A stretch of 22,863 nucleotides of DNA from Paraspadella gotoi (Eukaryota; Animalia; Chaetognatha). A program made the translations under genes and the position numbers. A model generated the notes under the pieces. It was not told the DNA's origin. It made no database searches and saw only the letters and a list, made by a program, of their open reading frames with translations. Below, piece after piece: positions 17,001 to 22,863 of this stretch (the first letter of the stretch is position 1; every line of letters begins with the position of its first letter). The stretch covers positions 1 through 22,863 of the forward strand of contig JBJCIZ010000006.1 of assembly GCA_051294375.1 (NCBI GenBank), read 5' to 3'.

Positions 17001-18932
17001 TAAAGGATCATCCTTGTGTGGAAATGGAATTTNNNNNNNNNNACAATTTTTTGTTTTACTGTAATGTTCTCGTATTTCTCTTGTTATCTGTAAATTTGTA
17101 TTATTATTTATAAGTTTATTTATTTGATAAGAATCTTCATATAAATTATCTAAAAAATGCTTTTGTATAACATAATTTTCTAAGTCATCTTCGCATTTAG
17201 CTTGATAATGTCTCATGGGAAATATAATATTTTTATCATAAGTATTAATTATTTGGTAAGCGTAAGAAAGTAATTTTTGATTACTTATAATATTACTTCG
17301 TTTTAAAAAATCGCTGCAAGGCATATTATCTTCACATTTATTACATTTTTTACTGTGGAGATTTNNNNNNNNNNAACGACACCAAGGTCTGCTCTTAGGT
17401 TCATTTTTGTCTAATGGTACATGCTCTATAGTTAACTTTTGATCATTATTTAATATATTAATAGCTTCAGTGTCGCAAGCTCCAATAAATTTAGAACAAT
17501 AAAACGAAGACCAAGATTTAAATTCGACCCGAGTTCCTGGCGGAGCGAGCACATATTTTTGATTCCTTTTTTCTTTTGTACAAGTTTCATAATGACTTTG
17601 TTTTAATGATAACTTTGTAAAATTTAAAAGACAGCGCTCACAGATGAACTTAAGTTTTGTATTCTTACTAATAGAAGAAGAAAGTAATCGAGACAATGAT
17701 CTAATAACCATGAAGTGGCTCCTGCCACGCCCAACTAATAAAAGTTTTATGGAATATATCTGATGTAACTTATTTGAGGTGAAAAAAGGGAATAATTCTA
17801 GGATGCCATTTTTATACTCATAAGTATAAACATAAATAGCAAATAAANNNNNNNNNNAATTTTCAAACTTTTCGATATCTCTAGGGCTAGTTATAGGAAA
17901 GTTAATCCCCTTATAATTTATATGTTGATAAAATGGTTTATAATTCTTTTCGACTCGACTTGTTTTTGCTGAAAAAGAAAATATACTTGCAATTACTGCA
18001 TTTAATAAACATAAATTATCCTTATTTGGAACTTCAATTAAAGCTTTTTTGCGTCTCAAATATTGTGGTAACTTATCAGCAATTGGGCCTCCTACACTCA
18101 TAATATTTTTAAATCTAAAAATGTTTAATTTTAAAAAGACTGTATAGAGATAAACTAAACCAGATCGTTTTAACGTTAATTCTGAAATCTCAAAAAACAA
18201 ATTTTCAAATATATTACTTAAAATTTCTTTCATATTATCTGTACGTAATAAAATCTCAACAGGCTGTTGAGATTCATAATATACTAACTCCGAATCCTCA
18301 ATTATATCAAAATTATCATTATCGTTGTCGTCGTCTTCAAATCCATTACTTGTTCCAACGGCTGGAAAAAGCGCTAATCGAATTTTTATTGAAAATTTAA
18401 GAGATTTCTGTTTTTTTAGTTCGCTAGATAAAATTTTAATAAAAAGTGGTTTTACTTTATTCAATAATTCTACATAATCTGCTGATTCCTGGCGAGGAAT
18501 AAACCTAAAAGATTGTATAATTTTTCCCATTGATTTCTCATAAGCTGATAAAATAAAGTCACTATTATCTTCTGAATAAACTGAATATAAACTTTCATAC
18601 TCATCTTCTTTCGTAAGACGACTAATTTTCTTTGGCCCATAGTTTATAGGCGACGGAGATCGCGAGGAGTCCGGAGATGTTCTTGCTGGCGGCAACGGCG
18701 AGGGGGGCGGCGGCGACGGCAGCGAGAGTTCCTTCTCTTTCTCCGCTTTAATCTCTCCCTGAGGCGGTTTAATAGCAATATCCGGGTCTGTACATGTTTT
18801 ATTGTCATCGTTTATGACAGGGGTAGAATGTGAAGAAAGATTTTCTCCTTTGCCTCGTTGCGATGAATAAATCCAAGAATCGAGAGGGCGCTGCCTCCAA
18901 AAATCTCGACAACGATAAGGATCGAACGGCAT
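14031..18932 (-). CDS. polB: Protein-primed family B DNA polymerase (pPolB), 1633 aa, with N-terminal TP/OTU-like region, Zn fingers and endonuclease VII-like insert
   Basis: Exo I CDTEA, Exo II HNLSYD, Exo III YNELDV, RGG, motif A LDINALY...LPYG, motif B KLLSNMLYGK, motif C SDTDS, GLKAKAY, LKGV; N-terminal KDNLC...SHF; C2H2-like CERC...HYETC. Confidence 0.96.
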   Translation of the reverse strand: MPFDPYRCRDFWRQRPLDSWIYSSQRGKGENLSSHSTPVINDDNKTCTDPDIAIKPPQGEIKAEKEKELSLPSPPPPSPLPPARTSPDSSRSPSPINYGPKKISRLTKEDEYESLYSVYSEDNSDFILSAYEKSMGKIIQSFRFIPRQESADYVELLNKVKPLFIKILSSELKKQKSLKFSIKIRLALFPAVGTSNGFEDDDNDNDNFDIIEDSELVYYESQQPVEILLRTDNMKEILSNIFENLFFEISELTLKRSGLVYLYTVFLKLNIFRFKNIMSVGGPIADKLPQYLRRKKALIEVPNKDNLCLLNAVIASIFSFSAKTSRVEKNYKPFYQHINYKGINFPITSPRDIEKFENXXXXLFAIYVYTYEYKNGILELFPFFTSNKLHQIYSIKLLLVGRGRSHFMVIRSLSRLLSSSISKNTKLKFICERCLLNFTKLSLKQSHYETCTKEKRNQKYVLAPPGTRVEFKSWSSFYCSKFIGACDTEAINILNNDQKLTIEHVPLDKNEPKSRPWCRXXXXNLHSKKCNKCEDNMPCSDFLKRSNIISNQKLLSYAYQIINTYDKNIIFPMRHYQAKCEDDLENYVIQKHFLDNLYEDSYQINKLINNNTNLQITREIREHYSKTKNCXXXXIPFPHKDDPLYLKHKKSLHHEHMGQNIDLNYTFNNKHYAIVCHRCNSALIDKREITIMIHNLSYDFSTLLSSSLAVYSHYISRVEVIGKTAEKVMALTIRFLCIGCRNEKKKQIEEYKLKQTQSTILLKERKKGKKLGFADKPTISRVYDDIFDEIIEEREEEGEMEDGNLDFDSVLXXXXDDDDEDDDDDDEREDNLKGKKIRCFINNERSRSCKECKKLRPIKFTDSANYFSYQSLDSIVTKLFESNACKACISKDKSEPICDSCYEKLKNSFFYTHKFFINKFGKNIFYKFLAKAEFFYDFLNSVNVLQQTEFPKHEQFYSRLKQKNISEQEYNDALEMYKQLKCKNLSEYTKIYNELDVLLLLDVMCNLRKELYNYYKLDITRYLSLAAFSFDACKHATGVKLECIKSIDLYKDIRRSVRGGFSGVFVNFAQSNDELITEPTPENITIISDKLLDEAQRSFDYQIKKFDFPPGENDNQAEEHAEETKDIWRGLKYRESYKYDSCSILPLDINALYASILLKYKLPYGGLRYLRGRELKNIKNEFLNNLGNNIDNFGPIGYFLNVDISFSDESKHLFQAFPPLTENRTINPNELSPFTKILMQKTGTRLTPVQKLIVDFNIKKNYLXXXXFLKYLLSKGVKLLRVTKIIFFRQAVLFRKFIQRNIDLRQKYSNIDKNKADRCKLLSNMLYGKIVGSKNNRLNYKFIVNPKKALKAISDHAFIDATILSEDCIYAKSFNKKVLLDDCVYAGTAVLELSKFYLQFCLHQEILPSFRVHPNATNVSVLASDTDSAIIQCLFNSKIHGKSFFYKSLAKLHKLLDVSNLDIDHPYFTHNEEIKDTLLKYQKKNTKVNGKFKIDLPPNQIVVQFVGLKAKAYSLLTFDYKKKSFSKKIRLKGVDNTAAKNISITDYVKSLYFQSTQFTKSCTLRSHRHMMYLIELSKKSLNPCDLKFYSVNAVKNLPFNHPSIKYLEGLMMYQMPLHLKEKYKDILEKKKKK

Positions 18933-19116
18933 TGTGTAAATAGAGTAAAGTTTAAAGTTTAAATTAGAGTTGTTATTGATGTAAGCAGCGGCGTGGACGA
19001 TAATAATTTTAAAGTTAGTTTTTTCACTCTCTTTTTTTGTTGTTTTTTTGTTGTTGATAATATTTACATGATTAGTTTCATACTAATCGGGAGTTTGGCA
19101 TTGGCGATTCCGTTTT

Positions 19117-19452
19117 CTACTCTGGGGGGGGAGTTGGGGGTAAGTTATAAATGGGTTGAATAGCATCCATATCAATAATGTGCTGGTCTTCTGCTTCTTC
19201 TATAATAATAATGGGGGGAGATTGGGGTTCCATTTCAGTGTCGTCTTTTTCTATGGAGATAAGAAGAGGAGAGTTAATCGGCATCTCGTGGCCCATAAAA
19301 ACGTCAACTTTCAATGGTGGAGTAAGGTCTTCTAATGGTTGTAAAAAATTTTCTTGTTTGCCCGCTTTGTCTTCGTTAATTTGATTTATAAGATCGAAAT
19401 AAATGAGAGATTGAGGAATTTCCGGAAAATTGTTTGTTGTCTCTAGTTCCAT
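19117..19452 (-). CDS. Hypothetical acidic Pro-rich protein, 111 aa
   Basis: aaaaATGg start, co-oriented upstream of polB, disordered composition, SIM-like IIIIEE. Confidence 0.6.
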   Translation of the reverse strand: MELETTNNFPEIPQSLIYFDLINQINEDKAGKQENFLQPLEDLTPPLKVDVFMGHEMPINSPLLISIEKDDTEMEPQSPPIIIIEEAEDQHIIDMDAIQPIYNLPPTPPPE

Positions 19453-19498
19453 TTTTAATTTAAAGCAGTCGACGATGTCCTCTTGTTATTGCAGTATT

Positions 19499-20083
19499 TT
19501 AAAAAAAGTCTTCCACGTAATCTTCCAAAAAATCACGCTCGCTAGTAGTTAAATCGCTTATCGGTTGAGTGGCAATACTTGCCAAAGCGGATTCGTGGAA
19601 GGGGGGGATTTGAGGTGTTAGAGTGGGGGGTTGTGGAGAAATAGAAGAAGAATCCGGAAAAAATAAATTAGCTCTCTCGACACTTGGTCTAGCGAGAGCA
19701 GATAAATCCGATGGTGTGTCGTTAACTATAACATGTAACGGACCAAACGATTTTTGTTGATGTTGNNNNNNNNNNTGTTGATTTTCAGCTTTCGGTTCCG
19801 TTTTATTGATGTTAAGCTGTTCATGAAAGGTTTTTAAAAAAAAGTTTAAGTGATCTTTTTTTGCTGGGAGTTGGTGGCAAATTTCGCAGTGCTTTAAAAT
19901 TTCTTCTCTGCATATAGCAGCGATTTCGTCCTTTATGGGTTGAGATAGTCCAGATTTTTTCTCTTTAAAAATTTTTATAGATAAATCGCACAAGAGTTTT
20001 TTTTGATTCTCAAACTGGCCAGTAGTTGTATTTTCCTCTTCGTTGTCAGATATGTCCGAATAATGAGGGTTAGTTGAAGCCAT
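19499..20083 (-). CDS. Hypothetical early/regulatory-like protein, about 194 aa
   Basis: accATGg start at 20083 (MASTNPH); CxxC (CEIC), PSDLS, acidic-aromatic C-terminus. Confidence 0.65.
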   Translation of the reverse strand: MASTNPHYSDISDNEEENTTTGQFENQKKLLCDLSIKIFKEKKSGLSQPIKDEIAAICREEILKHCEICHQLPAKKDHLNFFLKTFHEQLNINKTEPKAENQXXXXQHQQKSFGPLHVIVNDTPSDLSALARPSVERANLFFPDSSSISPQPPTLTPQIPPFHESALASIATQPISDLTTSERDFLEDYVEDFF

Positions 20084-20109
20084 GGTGTCGCGAATGAGAA
20101 TGAAAACGT

Positions 20110-20308
20110 TTTTTAGCGCGTGCCTCACAAACTTTGCGCGCTCGCGAGACAGGTTGCGCAATCGAGTTCTTCTTAATTTACATATTTCGACGCGCGCGCG
20201 CGCTCGCGCTCTCTCTCTCTCTCTCTCTCCTCTCAGTCGCGCGAAATCATTAAAGCGTGAAACGGGTCGCGCGATCAGGTTCCTAATTTACATATTTTCG
20301 ACGCGCGC

Positions 20309-20351
<43 letters not shown>
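20110..20351 (-). promoter_or_regulatory. CpG-rich promoter with duplicated octamer-like/(CG)n/(CT)n module and an E2F-like site
   Basis: Direct repeat C(T/C)TAATTTACATATTT(T)CGACGCGCGC at about 20172 and 20282; TTTCGCGC on - strand at 20246..20239; immediately upstream of the - strand gene block. Confidence 0.5.
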
Positions 20352-20355
<4 letters not shown>

Positions 20356-20502
20356 ACATACATGTGCATGCGTGTAAACGCATGCTAAATAAAGTCTATA
20401 TAATAAATAATATATAATTTGTTCTTTTCGCCGATATCTAGATCCTATTATTATAAATCAAATAAAACAAGCCCATTTACCCGACAACTTTTCATTGTCG
20501 TC

Positions 20503-20540
<38 letters not shown>

Positions 20541-20674
20541 CTTATAGTTTTTGTCGCTTATCTCTAAAAATGACTAATAGTTCACAGTTCAAAAGTTTTC
20601 TTCGGCTAAACTGATAAGTTTTTTCCATTGTTTTCAACTAATTCTTTCGTTTCACTTTTTCCATCCTAAAAATC

Positions 20675-22087
20675 ATGGCTTTCCAATTTTTTTCTGCGCT
20701 TTTAATCTTCTCTATTATTTCCGTTGGAAGTTGTGTAATTAATAAAGTATTTTATGAACATGATGATTTCACTCCTACCCCATCGTCTGATGCAACATGC
20801 TCTCCGCCAAGTCTGCAAACTTTTCTTCTTCCTATTCAATCAACTCCGACTCAAACGAGTACTACTCTACTGACTCAAGCATCTCCTCAACCGGCTCCGC
20901 CTCAAACGTCTCCTCAAGATACTACTCTGTCGACTGCAGCACCTCCTCAAGCGGGTCCGCCTCATGCAAGTCCTCAAGATACTACTCTGCCAACTGCAGC
21001 ATCTCCTCGAGCGGGTGCGCCTCGAATGTCTCCTACTATATCACCACAATTGATAAAAAAGTGGAGCGATTGGTTAAAAGAGTTTCTGCGAAACAACTCT
21101 TTAACTACAAAACAGCCAAACCCAACAAACATTACGGTAAAGACTTACTATTTTTTTCTAAGTTTTCTCTCTTATGATATTAAAAAAAATTAATAATTAG
21201 GTTGAAGACTTCGTACAAAATAGCACTGTTTTGCCGCCAAATAGCACTATTCAAAGTCAAACAAGAAATGTGGCAAACATTACGGTAAAAAGATTGCTAT
21301 TTTTTCTATATTTTTTTGTTTTATAATACTATCAAAATTTTAAATATTTAGATTGTGGACAACGAGCTTATGATTAATGATGGGCGGACAACATCTGCCA
21401 ATAAAACCGAGGTATTTGATGGTGAAAACTTTTTTTGACTCATAATTGATTAGTTTTTAATTTTCCTCGCAGCTTGGCAAAATCGTCGAAAATAATGACG
21501 CCCTCTTAATTGCCTCTGTGGACTGGATAGGATATCTAAGCGCCGCGGGCACGTGTTTTGCAGTGATCGGATTCGTTTACGCCGTAAAACGAATTATCCA
21601 GCATCTTCGGCTGCGAAGAAGAAATCATCCGCCTCCTCCGCCATCTCGAGAAGAACTCGAGATGACAGATTTAAGAAGAAATGACACACCGTCATCAGAG
21701 ATCGTGCCGTTTTCTCGCCAAGCGCGATTGGCACGAATAATGAATTCTCCTTACAATGAACTCACTCGACCCCTACATGACACTTTACGACGACACAACA
21801 CTCTACCGCGCAGTTTTGTGATTACAGAAAATTCGCGTGAAGCCGTTACACTAGAACCAGTGAGAGAAGAAATAGAAATGAGAGAAGTGGTGATAGAAAT
21901 AGGGGTAGCAGAAACAGAACTCGATGCTGGGGATGAAATGTTAACAGTCGAATCAGCACGTGAGGTAGATGAAGAGACAGTTAGTTGGGGAACAGATTGG
22001 GGAGATGAAGAAAGAGATGAAGAAAGAGAAGGAAATGAATACTTAGCTCCGATTAATTCATCTCACACTTACGAGACGATTCAGTAA
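20675..22087 (+). CDS. Four-exon mucin-like type I membrane glycoprotein, about 406 aa
   Basis: Exons 20675..21136, 21201..21284, 21352..21411, 21473..22087; phase-0 GT-AG introns of 64, 67 and 61 nt join ORFs 20675 and 21518 in frame. Signal peptide MAFQFFSALLIFSIISVGSC, T/P/S repeats, several NxS/T sequons, TM WIGYLSAAGTCFAVIGFVYAV followed by KR, Tyr-containing tail. Confidence 0.85.
20861..21034 (+). repeat. 60-bp (20-aa) coding tandem repeat, 3 copies
   Basis: ACTACTCT starts at 20861, 20921 and 20981: TTLLTQASPQPAPPQTSPQD / TTLSTAAPPQAGPPHASPQD / TTLPTAASPRAGAPRMSP. Confidence 0.92.
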
Positions 22088-22253
22088 CTCTCTCTCTCTC
22101 TCNNNNNNNNNNTCTCTCTCTCTCTCTTCCTGCATACTTTGTGCCTTCGTCTCTCGAGTCTTTAGTTTAAATTAAAACTTTTTCTGCCTTCGAGCGTTTT
22201 TAAAAAATCTAAAAAACATCTGGAGTAGTCGAGTCAACAAGCNNNNNNNNNNG

Positions 22254-22611
22254 CCTATTTCTAAAGTCTTTTATCCTGATTCAACGTAAGTAATCATTAA
22301 AAATTAAAATATAAATAATTTTTTTAATTAATATATANNNNNNNNNNTATATATTAAGTGCTGGCGATACTAGTATCCAATGGAGTGCACCGACTACTCA
22401 AATGATGCAGACGAATAATACGGATACCTCAAGAGACGAAGTTAACATGTCCACGTTATATATAGTTATTTGTCTTCTAGCTATATTTTCCGTCTTAGTT
22501 TTAAGCATTTTATTATTGTTCATTTTTCGTAGGCGATTTTGCCAATTTATTCATTCGATGCATGCGAATAATAATTTTGTTGAATTGGTGGATGTAGAAA
22601 CTTATGTGTAA
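22254..22611 (+). CDS. Small spliced single-pass membrane protein (5' end lost in N gap) with C-terminal PDZ-binding-like ETYV
   Basis: Exon ..22285, intron 22286..22358 (GTAAGT..TTAAG, phase 2), exon 22359..22611 gives PISKVFYPDSTAGDTSIQWSAPTTQMMQTNNT...TM(LYIVICLLAIFSVLVLSILLLFIF)RRR...ETYV*. Confidence 0.65.
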
Positions 22612-22863
22612 TAATATATTTTTATACTGATACAAATTATTCGTAACATAGTTAAAAAATAGCTAGTCAGTAAACAAACAAAAAAGCTCGATAAATATAA
22701 AAAACTTTAGCCCATTGTTATAAAAAAATCTGTCGATGAATCGAGAGTATCTGTCCTATGCAAAAATTCAAATCCCTTAATTTGCATAATAGCGGCGTCG
22801 GTCGGAAATGTCTTTCGTGTGGAATCCTGATTTCAGCGATGGCGTCGTCAGTTTGCGCGAGAA

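Larger units (their letters stand above)
120..20083. mobile_element. Polinton/Maverick (adintovirus-like) dsDNA virus or endogenous viral element; boundaries not visible, may extend across the whole window
   Basis: Co-occurrence of pPolB, rve integrase, A32-like ATPase, adenain protease, major and minor capsid genes, the hallmark Polinton gene set. The left extent is inferred from paralogy of the 120..889 gene with an internal gene. No TIR or TSD seen. Confidence 0.95.

Noticed and set aside
20861-21034. CRISPR-like array
   Set aside because: Contiguous in-frame coding repeat with no unique spacers, no cas genes and a eukaryotic context.
20797-21177. Ser/Cys-rich 126-aa ORF
   Set aside because: Alternate frame of the 60-bp mucin repeat; the signal-peptide frame splices correctly to the TM exon.
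22045-22084. Canonical ITAM in the mucin tail
   Set aside because: The first half-site is YLAP rather than YxxL/I, so only a tandem Tyr motif is supported.
1-22863. Terminal inverted repeats or target-site duplication
   Set aside because: The two ends show no extended reverse-complement match by eye and no clear Polinton-type terminus.

Overview
The window is most of an apparently intact eukaryotic Polinton/Maverick (adintovirus-like) dsDNA virus or endogenous viral element. The + strand carries a tightly packed morphogenesis and integration cluster: A32/FtsK-like packaging ATPase, small core proteins, rve integrase, minor capsid (penton-like), a pVI-like protein, major capsid, adenain-type protease and a basic DNA-condensing protein. 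A 993-aa regulatory-looking protein with two putative PC4-like domains follows. A convergent 1633-aa protein-primed family B polymerase lies on the - strand. No terminal inverted repeats are visible, so the ends lie outside the window or are unassembled. The most unusual content is invisible in the ORF track: four intron-containing genes (61-76 nt GT-AG introns) for secreted or type I membrane glycoproteins, forming two paralog pairs. One pair (120..889 - and 13233..13551 +) shares an ungapped C-x18-C module with a phase-1 intron at the same codon; one copy is membrane-anchored and the other appears secreted. All calls come from manual reading and motif recognition; no database search was run.
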